From the NCBI GenBank assembly GCA_964474445.1, contig CAYYSJ010000004.1:185-64184 (forward strand): a stretch of DNA of 64,000 nt. The letters are read 5' to 3'. Origin of the DNA: an uncultured Gammaproteobacteria bacterium (GTDB lineage Bacteria > Patescibacteriota > Microgenomatia > Levybacterales > UBA12049). The notes under the pieces are model-generated. The model made no database searches and was not told the DNA's origin. It worked only from the letters and a program-made list of their open reading frames with translations. Position 1 is the first letter of the stretch; the number at the start of each line of letters is the position of its first letter. Shown piece after piece: positions 29,068 through 38,110 of the stretch. A program made the position numbers and the translations under genes.

Positions 29068-29970
29068 TTACGCCTCCTGAGAAATAACTACCTGTGTAGT
29101 AGGAGAGAAATGTCTTATTCTTTTTTTGAGGATTTGCCAGGGAGAATACATGCCTTGCAAAAACATATACAACGGAACAATTGCCTTTTCAGGAAGGATA
29201 GTGACCAGGAAGGTTTGTACTATATTAGTGAGTTTTGCAGAAAAACTCATTTTGTACGAGAGTGTTTGGATAGCTTTCATTCGAATCTTTTGGATTGCTA
29301 CAAAGCGTTTTTTCGGATTTCTTAAGGAATAATTTTTCCCATGGATTCTATAATAGAGAAGTTTTTCAGGCAAATTGGCAAATTGTCCATGTCTCAAGTA
29401 GGAAAAGAAGGTGTAGTAGTCATCGTGAATTGTATTTGTTGCTTCATACAATCTCTTCTTGTTGGGGAGTAAAGATCGCCTAAACATACAAGATGGGTGT
29501 AGCATTGGATTATAAATACCAAATTTCTTGTAGATATCTCTATGAGTTGTGGGAAATCTTTTTTCACCAATAAGGGTATTCGTGGCGTCAATAATATATC
29601 CTTGTGTTCCCAATACAAAAATCTCTGGGTGTTCAACAAGAAATGCAACCTGCTTTTCAAGACGTTCGGGGTGGGCAATATCATCTGCATCCATTCGTGC
29701 AATAAATTGTCCTTTTGCATATAAAAAACCTCTATTGGCAGTGGCGTTATCTCCAAGATGTTTTTTAAAAAAGACAGCACGGATAAATGGAGAGAATCGC
29801 TTCGCATATTTCTTGATAATTTTTGCTGTTTTATCTGTTGAATGATCGTCTACAATAATGAGTTCGAAATTGCTGTATGTTTGATGCAGCATACTTTCGA
29901 TTGCATCCCGAATATACCGCTTGCAGTTGTAAGTAGGCATAATAATAGATACTAATGGTTGTTTTTTCAT
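29068..29970 (-). CDS. Family-2 glycosyltransferase
   Basis: 'VSIIMPTYNCKRYIRDAIESMLHQTYSNFELIIVDDHSTDKT…ARMDADD' classic GT2 motifs. Confidence 0.85.
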   Translation of the reverse strand: MKKQPLVSIIMPTYNCKRYIRDAIESMLHQTYSNFELIIVDDHSTDKTAKIIKKYAKRFSPFIRAVFFKKHLGDNATANRGFLYAKGQFIARMDADDIAHPERLEKQVAFLVEHPEIFVLGTQGYIIDATNTLIGEKRFPTTHRDIYKKFGIYNPMLHPSCMFRRSLLPNKKRLYEATNTIHDDYYTFFSYLRHGQFANLPEKLLYYRIHGKNYSLRNPKKRFVAIQKIRMKAIQTLSYKMSFSAKLTNIVQTFLVTILPEKAIVPLYMFLQGMYSPWQILKKRIRHFSPTTQVVISQEA

Positions 29971-30017
29971 ATCTTATAAAGATGACGCTGCCAGACAATG
30001 CTAGCAGCGTCAAAAAG

Positions 30018-30812
30018 TTATATTGCTGCCCCAAATACTCTTCCCACACTTCGTGCAGCCCGTACAATTCCTGGTTGTCTTCTCAATGCTTCTTGAGCAG
30101 TACTTAGTCGTGCAGTTAACGCACTGTTGATTGCATTTCCGTTATTCACGCCATTTAATTGATGGTAATCAGGAACTAACGAAAACCCTGCTCTTCTAGC
30201 ATGATTTATTGCTTGTTTGTTTATCTGTCCTGCAGTGCAATCTGTTGGATATAGCCAATATTCAATCCCTCCGGAGATAGTAACTTGTGTATTAGCTGGT
30301 ATAACAGCAACTTGAGTTGGTTTTCCATCAACGGTGTCATCCACGATTGCTCCACCTTTGCCGTTGGTATTTATTGTTGCGCCATTGAGGAGCGGTCCTG
30401 AATCTTTTGCCTGGCCACATGCATATTCTGGTCCACTAAATTCGCCCCCTCCTCCAATGCCATATGCTTGCCTATTGAAAAAGTTTCTGTCAATGGCCAC
30501 TGCTAATGCAGCACATCCTAAAGCTCCTAACAAAACTCCTGCCCCGATTGCTGCTGCTGTCCGAGGGTGCTCTCGTATATAGGTAACAGGAGCATTCTGC
30601 CTTGATGGTGCAGCTGCTGCTGACCAGGCTGCTGGTTGTTGTGTTGCAGCCTCAGCTTTCTTGGGTTCTCCTACAGCAGCCGGTACATTAGCTCTGCTTG
30701 TTGCGGCAGCCCTTTCCCTACCCGTGCTGACTGCTGGACGAGGCAATGTTTCATCGGCGAAATCCATACCTCTTGGTGCCATTGGTGCTCTTGGTTGTTC
30801 TGGTGTTGTCAT
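30018..30812 (-). CDS. GC-rich hypothetical membrane-anchored protein (Ala/Pro-rich N-terminus)
   Basis: 264-aa ORF with strongly elevated GC relative to the rest of window; Ala/Pro-rich cytoplasmic N-term, one TM (AAAIGAGVLLGALGCAALAVAI), Gly/Asn-rich C-terminal domain. Confidence 0.5.
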   Translation of the reverse strand: MTTPEQPRAPMAPRGMDFADETLPRPAVSTGRERAAATSRANVPAAVGEPKKAEAATQQPAAWSAAAAPSRQNAPVTYIREHPRTAAAIGAGVLLGALGCAALAVAIDRNFFNRQAYGIGGGGEFSGPEYACGQAKDSGPLLNGATINTNGKGGAIVDDTVDGKPTQVAVIPANTQVTISGGIEYWLYPTDCTAGQINKQAINHARRAGFSLVPDYHQLNGVNNGNAINSALTARLSTAQEALRRQPGIVRAARSVGRVFGAAI

Positions 30813-30868
30813 ATATTTTCACCTCCTTTCGATACTCCATAGATATTTTTGAAATCATAAACAATGAA

Positions 30869-31597
30869 CTAAGAATCAGTTCTTTTCATTCTCATTGCTA
30901 ATATTCGAAGGATAATTCCTGTTATTCCTGTTGGGAAAAGTGCAACGAGAGGGAGTGCGTCGGGTCCAGTGGGAGGTAGCGTTGTTGTGGGAGTTGTTGG
31001 GAAAACTGTCGGTATGCTCGTGACAAGAGGCGTTGGTGTTACTGTGGTGAGAGTACTTGTTGGAGTAATTGACTGTTGGACACAAAATTGGGAAAAATCA
31101 CTAATGCCAGTGCTATTTTCACTTGAGGTGACTTTTGCTTGATTATTACTACATAAAACACTTTGAGGAAGTGTCGATACAACTTCTCCAACAACAGTAA
31201 ACACCGCAGAATCCCCAGGATTAATCGTGTTTGCTTGAATAGTAACTGTTGCCCCAGCTGGACCTGTCATGCTATCAGGGTTTGGTGCAACAGCAAGGAG
31301 TGAAGATGGTAAGAAATCTGTAATGACAACGTGAGTTGCTTTCCCTCTGCCGGTGTTGGTTACTGTTATTTTAAAGCTTACTCTTTGCCCAGGCTGGAAT
31401 CTTGTATCGTTGAGTCCCAGGTCATGAACATAGGTATTACTGATTGGATTAAAGACAGTTTTGATAATAGAGAGATTTGGATTGGCGCAAGACTCGCCAC
31501 CACCATAGATAGGGACACATTCAGCATACATTTTTGGAATAAAGGTGAGTCCTATGATGACTAACAATGCAAAAACTGGCGCAACAAGGCGTTTCAT
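30869..31597 (-). CDS. LPXTG-anchored surface protein with DUF11-type repeat domain
   Basis: Signal peptide; 'GQRVSFKITVTNTGRGKATHVVITDFLP' (DUF11 conserved repeat); C-terminal sorting signal LPPTG + hydrophobic stretch + RMKRTDS. Confidence 0.75.
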   Translation of the reverse strand: MKRLVAPVFALLVIIGLTFIPKMYAECVPIYGGGESCANPNLSIIKTVFNPISNTYVHDLGLNDTRFQPGQRVSFKITVTNTGRGKATHVVITDFLPSSLLAVAPNPDSMTGPAGATVTIQANTINPGDSAVFTVVGEVVSTLPQSVLCSNNQAKVTSSENSTGISDFSQFCVQQSITPTSTLTTVTPTPLVTSIPTVFPTTPTTTLPPTGPDALPLVALFPTGITGIILRILAMRMKRTDS

Positions 31598-31998
31598 TGA
31601 CCTGTAGTTTGACAAAAGGCAATATGAGATCTATATGAAGTTTGTAAACGAAGAGTAAGAAGGGAAAATTATCTTATTTTGCTCTTCATGTACAACACAA
31701 GCATCATGACACTGAATGTATTGAAGCATACTTATTCTCATTGATCCAATGCCTTGTCACTTCTGATGAAATGAGGAATTTTACATAAACAGAGAGTGAT
31801 AGTGGGAATGACAATGTAATAGTGGGGTATTATTCAGCAATGAGAATTATTTTTCTCCTTGACAAGAGAAAGATACGCATTCTATAATACGTTCAGTTGC
31901 ATTTCGAATCTTCTCGATAGCACATTTGTTTTCCATTCAGAGATTTTTAATCTTAAATGATTCTTAATTCATAATTCTATATTCTTAACTCTAATAAT

Positions 31999-33324
31999 AT
32001 GCCTTATACAAAAAAAACTTCCGTAAGTGATTTCATAGGTTCTCCTTCTTGTGAGGAGTCAACTGAAATGAAAGGGTCGAATGACTCATCTGTCCGTGAT
32101 GGATCTGCAGAAGTAAAACCTCTTGAAGTAAAACCATTTCACCAAAGATCTACTTCACGACCAGTACAAACACTTGATAGTGGTGGGTTAACAACGCCAG
32201 CTGTTATGGCAATGCAAGGGCCAACAGAAGAAGTCCAAGGAATTTTGGATGTTCAACCAGAAGGGCATGGCTTTTTACGCCCTAAATTTATTCCAAGTAA
32301 CCGCGATGTCTATATTTCCCAATCTCAAATTAGACGATTCCTCCTCAGGGCAGGGGATAAGGTAACAGGTGTTGCGAGGCCTCCAAAGGACAATGAAAGA
32401 TACTACGGACTTCTCAAAGTTGAGAAAGTTAATGAACAGTCAGCAGATCAGATAGGACGAAGGCCATGGTATGACGACTTAATGCCTATTTATCCTAACA
32501 AACAGCTTGTTCTAGCTACAGATAAGACACCACTTTCAACACGGCTTATTGATTTGGTAGCACCAATTGGATTTGGACAAAGAGGTTTGATTGTTTCTCC
32601 ACCAAAAGCTGGTAAAACAACCATCTTAAAAGAAATTGCAGCAGGTATTTCAAGAAATTTCCCAGATGTTCATTTAATGGCTGCATTGATTGGGGAGAGA
32701 CCGGAAGAAGTAACAGATATTACCATGTCTGTGAAAGGTGAAGTTATTGCATCTAATTTTGACGAAGCTCCAGAACATCAGACGCGAGTTGCAGAGATCG
32801 CGCTAGAGCGAGCAAAAAGACTTGTTGAAATGGGGAAGGATGTTGTCATTCTTATGGACTCTATCACAAGGCTTGCCCGAGCATACAATTTAGCTGTGGC
32901 ACCATCTGGAAGAACTCTCTCTGGAGGATTTGATCCTGCGGCACTCTGGCCAGCAAAGAAATTCTTCGGTGCGGCACGAAATGTTCAGGATGGAGGAAGT
33001 CTTACTATTATTGCAACAGCGCTTGTTGAGACTGGCAGCAGAATGGATGATTTGATTTATGAAGAATTCAAAGGAACAGGAAACATGGAGCTTCATCTCG
33101 TGAGATCTTTGGCAGAAAGAAGAGTCTTCCCAGCTATCGATGTTGCAAGAAGTGGAACTCGGGAAGAACAGAGAATTCTTAATCCTGAGACGTATCAAAA
33201 ACTAGTGACCCTTCACAGAATGCTTGATATGCTTGGTGAAGATGATCGAACTGAGCGATTTATTGAACAACTTGCTAAGGCAGCATCCAATGACGACTTC
33301 CTTAAGACACTGAAAGCTGCTTAA
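31999..33324 (+). CDS. rho: Transcription termination factor Rho (with N-terminal extension)
   Basis: 'GFLRPKFIPSNRDVYISQSQIRRFLLRAGDKVTG' (CSD RNA-binding), Walker A 'SPPKAGKTTIL', 'GGSLTIIATALVETGSRMDD', Q/R loops. Confidence 0.93.
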   Translation: MPYTKKTSVSDFIGSPSCEESTEMKGSNDSSVRDGSAEVKPLEVKPFHQRSTSRPVQTLDSGGLTTPAVMAMQGPTEEVQGILDVQPEGHGFLRPKFIPSNRDVYISQSQIRRFLLRAGDKVTGVARPPKDNERYYGLLKVEKVNEQSADQIGRRPWYDDLMPIYPNKQLVLATDKTPLSTRLIDLVAPIGFGQRGLIVSPPKAGKTTILKEIAAGISRNFPDVHLMAALIGERPEEVTDITMSVKGEVIASNFDEAPEHQTRVAEIALERAKRLVEMGKDVVILMDSITRLARAYNLAVAPSGRTLSGGFDPAALWPAKKFFGAARNVQDGGSLTIIATALVETGSRMDDLIYEEFKGTGNMELHLVRSLAERRVFPAIDVARSGTREEQRILNPETYQKLVTLHRMLDMLGEDDRTERFIEQLAKAASNDDFLKTLKAA

Positions 33325-33558
33325 AGTACCTCTCCATTACGATACCTCTTCAGCCAATTTGACTTCCAATGCCTTGTTTGGTAGCATTAACAATGCCTCA
33401 TGCTAATGTTTGGACGGTTTTCAAAGACGAATACTACTGCCAAGTGGGGGAGAAATCTTTGGAGTTTTGTGCTCTTTCTCACATCCTATTCTCAAAGAAG
33501 AGTTTTTGGCTCTTTGCTGTTTTTTGAGGGGAATAAAAATACTTTAGTACGGTTTTTT

Positions 33559-34536
33559 ATGATGAAAAGGGGACGATATAATCGTCCTTTTTTACATTTT
33601 GCTACTATGGCTGTACTTGGGCTTGGTGTCATGATTGCCCCTCTTCTTGCAGATACCTATCCATTATTTGCTGCTAGTGGGGCAGGGCTTGATAAGGCAC
33701 CTTCTGCAAAATCAGAACAATCAATCGCAGTGGATGAAAATGTGTTTAATACTAAGGAATCTGAAAAACCACGATCTCAAGTTATTAAATACATCGTTGA
33801 AAAAGGAGATACGCTTTCAAGTATTGCACAAAAATTTGGGATATCTGTTGATACCATTAAATGGGAAAATAGTCTAAGCGATGATAGTGTTACAGTTGGA
33901 GATACCTTAGATATATTACCAGTGAGTGGAATAGCCCACAAAGTACAAAAAGGCGATACTGTCTATTCTATTGCGAAGAAATATGCAACAGATGCACAGA
34001 AGATCGTAGATTTTCCATTTAACGACTTTGCTAATCCCGAAACCTTTTCTTTAGTTGAAGGCCAAATTATTATTGTTCCAGACGGTGTCAAACCATCTGC
34101 AGCATCAAATTACGTAGCACCTGCACCATCTTATGCTTCTGTCCCACAAACAAGCACTCAGGTGCCTTCTACTGGCGGATTTATCTGGCCTATCAATGGA
34201 GAGATTACCCAGTATTTCAGTTGGTATCATACGGGACTTGATATTGCAGGAGCTGTTGGAACACCAATTTATGCAGCAAAGTCAGGAACTGTTATGGAAG
34301 CGTCTTGTGGATGGAACTGGGGATATGGATGTCATGTACTTCTGAATAATGGTGGCAGTTTCTCAACAATGTATGCTCATATGGTTACCCAGCCATCGGT
34401 GAGTGTTAGTCAGTCAGTTTCACAAGGACAGCTTATTGGTTATAGAGGAAGTACTGGAAGATCAACGGGTCCACACACTCATTTCGAAATAAGAATTAAT
34501 GGGCATGTTGTGAATCCGTTACCCTATCTGCAATAG
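33559..34536 (+). CDS. LysM-domain M23 family metallo-endopeptidase
   Basis: Two LysM repeats (YIVEKGDTLSSIAQKFGISVDTIKWEN; HKVQKGDTVYSIAKKYATDAQKI) + M23 'HTGLDIAGAVGTPIYAAKSGTV…HTHFEI'. ORF extends upstream to 33400; ATG 33559 precedes signal/TM. Confidence 0.8.
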   Translation: MMKRGRYNRPFLHFATMAVLGLGVMIAPLLADTYPLFAASGAGLDKAPSAKSEQSIAVDENVFNTKESEKPRSQVIKYIVEKGDTLSSIAQKFGISVDTIKWENSLSDDSVTVGDTLDILPVSGIAHKVQKGDTVYSIAKKYATDAQKIVDFPFNDFANPETFSLVEGQIIIVPDGVKPSAASNYVAPAPSYASVPQTSTQVPSTGGFIWPINGEITQYFSWYHTGLDIAGAVGTPIYAAKSGTVMEASCGWNWGYGCHVLLNNGGSFSTMYAHMVTQPSVSVSQSVSQGQLIGYRGSTGRSTGPHTHFEIRINGHVVNPLPYLQ

Positions 34537-34545
34537 AGCATGGTG

Positions 34546-35259
34546 TTACGGTTTGTCGCGTCTGTACTGTCTTGCGTACTCTTGAACACGGTCATTATCA
34601 ACTTTATCAACTCGTTTCCAAGAAAATCGCGTTGTTTTATCTTCCTGTTTTTCATAATAACGCCTACGTACCTCACGTCTTCCAAAAAGTAAAATTGAAG
34701 AACGAATCATAATCTTTTCGCTCCATATTCCTGGATATGTTGATGATTTCGCAGGTTCCTTTACCTCTTCTTCAGGCCTGAGGATAATAAATCTACTTTT
34801 CTTCAAATTTTTCAAGCCAAGCTCTTCTTCTAGGGCTCTTTGTGCTTCATGTTCCGGTGTCTCCTCAGGATGCATTTTTTCAGACACATAGTAATTGTTG
34901 CGTTCTTTTTTAGGTTTGCCGTGTCTTCTGAATTTTTGCCAGTCTTCATGAAGGACATACAGCTGTTTTTTCCCAACAAGACCATACTTTCTTCTATAAG
35001 CAAAAGCATACACATATGCTGGTTTTACGTGTCTGAGAAGGGTATTTTGACCATCAGGAGTTATAAATGGGGTGAGGATGGAATCTCCGCTATCAAGCTC
35101 TCTCTCTAAGTCCTCCCGACTTTTAGCTATCCCCTTACCCCAACCAAGCTGTTCTGGATCAATTATGCCTTCTTGAATATATCTATTTAGTAATTGGCGA
35201 CTAGTTTGTGCTGCTGCTTTTACCTTTTCAGATTTTGACATAGGGAGAGATTCTAACAT
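34546..35259 (-). CDS. NUDIX-family hydrolase (basic, Lys/Arg-rich)
   Basis: Nudix box '…HPEETPEHEAQRALEEELGL…' (GX5EX7REUXEEXGU-like). Confidence 0.55.
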   Translation of the reverse strand: MLESLPMSKSEKVKAAAQTSRQLLNRYIQEGIIDPEQLGWGKGIAKSREDLERELDSGDSILTPFITPDGQNTLLRHVKPAYVYAFAYRRKYGLVGKKQLYVLHEDWQKFRRHGKPKKERNNYYVSEKMHPEETPEHEAQRALEEELGLKNLKKSRFIILRPEEEVKEPAKSSTYPGIWSEKIMIRSSILLFGRREVRRRYYEKQEDKTTRFSWKRVDKVDNDRVQEYARQYRRDKP

Positions 35260-35312
35260 AAAAATAGTTATAGAGCAAAGTAGGTAGGTCTATGAAAAAA
35301 GATTTGCTATAA

Positions 35313-35384
35313 TCGGGAATATGGGCCAGGAGTAGGTCGGTAATACGCCTCATTCGCATTGAGGAGATGGGCGGTTCAATTCCG
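35313..35384 (+). tRNA. tRNA-Ala (anticodon CGC)
   Basis: Manually folded cloverleaf: acceptor GGGCCAG/CTGGTCC with G3:U70 Ala identity pair, AC stem cctca/tgagg, loop ttCGCat, T-loop TTCAATT. Confidence 0.75.
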
Positions 35385-35497
35385 CTCTGGTCCACAGGAG
35401 CAATATCTATCAAGTAGTAAATACCTAGCATTTAGGATTTTTGGTTTCTGTCTCTTTATACTTAGTACAAAATATTTTATACTAAATACTCATTCTT

Positions 35498-35570
35498 GGG
35501 CCGGTAGCTTAGCTGGTAAAGCGCCACTATGGCATAGTGGAGACCGAGAGTTCGAGTCTCTTCCGGTCCA
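35498..35570 (+). tRNA. tRNA-Ala (anticodon GGC)
   Basis: Acceptor GGGCCGG/CCGGTCC (G3:U70), D-arm gctt/aagc with AGCTGGTAA loop, AC stem ccact/agtgg, loop atGGCat, T-arm GAGAGTTCGAGTCTCTT. Confidence 0.8.
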
Positions 35571-35716
35571 CATATAGGATGCCCCTTTTGAGATAAGGGG
35601 CTGTCCATACTTGTGAAATTTTCGAAAAATTAGTAAATTTCCTTGTTTTGAGTCTGCAGAATAGCTTAAAAAGAAGCGGTTTCCTGGTCGACCGCATACA
35701 CCAAACAAAGAGAAAA

Positions 35717-36544
35717 TTAGAAGTGACCGACGCAGCTATTACCATGACTATTACTATTTGTCCCGTCTGGACAAGTCACACCGGTCCATGTTGTGTTTGT
35801 AAGGTTTGCTGTATTCATATTTTGTGCACCAGTAAAATCTACACCATTAAAAGTTGTATTAGTAAAATTTATGTTTTGAAGATTCGCGTTAGTGAACAAA
35901 GATCCATATATAATTTTATCATTCGAGAAATTAGCATTGGTTAAATTACTCCCTACAAAATATAACGTTGCTCCTGGTGTACTAGGTTGAAAACTATTGT
36001 GATCAGGTGGACTAGATGCATAAAGCAAATTACTAAAATCGGCTCCTGTAAGATTAGTATTTGAAAAATCAGTCAGATTAAGCCATGCACCCTTAAAGAT
36101 GACTCCGTGTATGTCAGCGTTTGCAAAATTTCCATCAACAATTTGTGCATTTGAAAAGTCTTTTCCTTGGAACGTACTTGCATAGTGAGTAAGTCTGCAA
36201 AAAGCACACATAAAGGGAAGTCCAAAGCCACCTCCGCTTCCTGGAGCACCTTGGGGGCCAGGTACTCCGCTTGGTCCTGGTATTCCTTGTGGGCCTTGTT
36301 GATTCCACGAAAGAGCAGTCTCATTATCTTTGCACCCTATGTTTTGACTTATAATTCGTATCTGTCCATTGTCTTTGACACAAGCATAAATTTGTTGCGG
36401 TGTTGTTTGGGCAAAGATATGAGTAACCAGAAGTGTTCCAAGGATTCCTAATACTAAAGCAATTACACTAACAATGGGATGGAAATGGAGAAGATCCCTC
36501 TTGCGAGTTACCCCTTTATCTTTAGAGACACTATTTTTTTTCAC
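35717..36544 (-). CDS. Pentapeptide-repeat protein with N-terminal TM and short collagen-like Gly-X-Y tract
   Basis: Repeats A(N/D)(L/F)xx recurring (e.g. NMNTANLTNTTWTGV, ADFSNLLYASS); 'GPQGIPGPSGVPGPQGAPGSGG'. Confidence 0.65.
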   Translation of the reverse strand: MKKNSVSKDKGVTRKRDLLHFHPIVSVIALVLGILGTLLVTHIFAQTTPQQIYACVKDNGQIRIISQNIGCKDNETALSWNQQGPQGIPGPSGVPGPQGAPGSGGGFGLPFMCAFCRLTHYASTFQGKDFSNAQIVDGNFANADIHGVIFKGAWLNLTDFSNTNLTGADFSNLLYASSPPDHNSFQPSTPGATLYFVGSNLTNANFSNDKIIYGSLFTNANLQNINFTNTTFNGVDFTGAQNMNTANLTNTTWTGVTCPDGTNSNSHGNSCVGHF

Positions 36545-36639
36545 TTACTTATATATTAGTAAGAATAAAATAATTGCATTTGTCAAGAGGGCGAAAAATT
36601 AAAGTTAAATATCCGACACTTCTGAAATACAATGGAAGT

Positions 36640-37524
36640 GATGGAACAAACAACAAAAATCATATTAGCGTGGGAACTGTATGATCAGCATGTACCAAAA
36701 GCACATATCGCTCAAAAGCTGCAACTAAGCAGAGCTACCATCTATGAGTGATTAGGAAAAATTTCTGCTCATCCTCAAGGACTCACGGGATTTCTTGACA
36801 CTACCAATCAGCAAAGAAAGGTTCCCGAGCAAAACGTAAGGTTGATGGGCTTTTGAAGGCATGAATATATCGTTTGAGAGAGGAGAACAGGCAGTGTTGT
36901 GGGCAAAAGATACAGGAATACTTGTTTGAAGAGTGTGGAACCTATCTGTCAGTTCTAACCATCTACACAATCCTTTCAGAAAAATACAAACTCAGAAGCA
37001 AGTGGAAAAAGAATCAAAAAAGAGGAACTCCTACTAAGGCAATCAAGCCTCGAGAATTCATCCAAATGGATACCGTCCACTTTGGGATGGTGTTTGCGTT
37101 TACTGCTGTTGATACCTTTGCCAAAGATGTTTCTGTTAAATTGTATCTAACGCTCACAAGTTTAGACGGGAAGGATTTTCTTCAGAGATCATTTACTGAA
37201 CGATTTCACTATGTATAGCTTCTCCAAACCGATGGCGGACCAGAGTTCAAAGGAGAATTCAAACAAGAAGTATTTCATTTTGCAGACAGATTTCGAGTAG
37301 CACGACCATACAAGAGGAATGAACAGTCATTCATTGAGAGTTTCAACCGAACCTTGAGAAAAGAGTGTTTAGGTTGGGGCAATTTTTATCCTCACCAAAT
37401 ACCAGGTCTTGAAAAAGAACTCAGCGAGTATTTACACTATTACCACAACAAAAGACTCCATCTGGGACTGAACATGAAAACACCTAACCAAATACTCAAA
37501 GAATACCAAGTGTCGGATTTCTAA
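36640..37524 (+). pseudogene. IS481/IS3-like DDE transposase, disrupted by premature stop and frameshifts (IS relic)
   Basis: HTH fragment MEQTTKIILAWELYDQHVPKAHIAQKLQLSRATIYE* (36640-36750); rve core 'IQMDTVHFG…FTAVDTFAKDV' (ORF 36874-37218) continues in another frame '…TDGGPEFKGEF…SFIESFNRTLRKECL…YHNKRLHLGL' to 37524. Confidence 0.7.
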
Positions 37525-37678
37525 CTTAACATACCGACTCTCCTTTGCTTTTTTTAGTCTGATTTTCAGGTCCACATTGCCTTTCTTGATCATTTCTGAT
37601 ATACTATTAAAAGTATTCTCCAAAGGGTTACCTTCTCAAAGGAAAAACACCGGGAAAATCGAGAGGAGGTGACATTCC

Positions 37679-37975
37679 ATGCAAGACCAAACATTAACCT
37701 GTGCAGATTGCGGTAAGCAATTTACCTGGACAACTTCTGAACAAGAATTCTATCAATCAAAGGGATTTACTAATCCACCAAAGCGATGTCCTGATTGTCG
37801 AGTAGCTAAAAAAGCTCGAATGGGGGATAATCGTGGTGGATTTGGCGGAGGACAAAGACAATCTTTCCAAATTACCTGTGCCAATTGTGGAAGAACAGAT
37901 ACTGTTCCTTTCCAACCAAAAGGCGATAGACCAGTATTGTGCCGCGACTGCTTTAGACAGCAAAACGCACGATAA
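37679..37975 (+). CDS. Duplicated zinc-ribbon (CxxC…CxxC) small protein
   Basis: Two CPxCG-type ribbons: CADCGKQF…CPDCR and CANCGRTD…CRDCF; Gly/Arg-rich linker. Confidence 0.55.
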   Translation: MQDQTLTCADCGKQFTWTTSEQEFYQSKGFTNPPKRCPDCRVAKKARMGDNRGGFGGGQRQSFQITCANCGRTDTVPFQPKGDRPVLCRDCFRQQNAR

Positions 37976-38110
37976 CCTTAGTAGAAAGTAGTAAGTAGTA
38001 TGTGTTATGTAAAGAGACATCCTTACTACTTTTTATATGGGAAACAATTGCTACTTCGAGTTACTGTATGTTTTTATCGATAAAGAATGACAGGTCTTAA
38101 ATCCTAAATT

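Noticed and set aside
29394-29807. 137-aa ORF overlapping GT2 gene 29068-29970 in another frame
   Set aside because: The GT2 frame carries all the conserved glycosyltransferase motifs; alternative frame has none.
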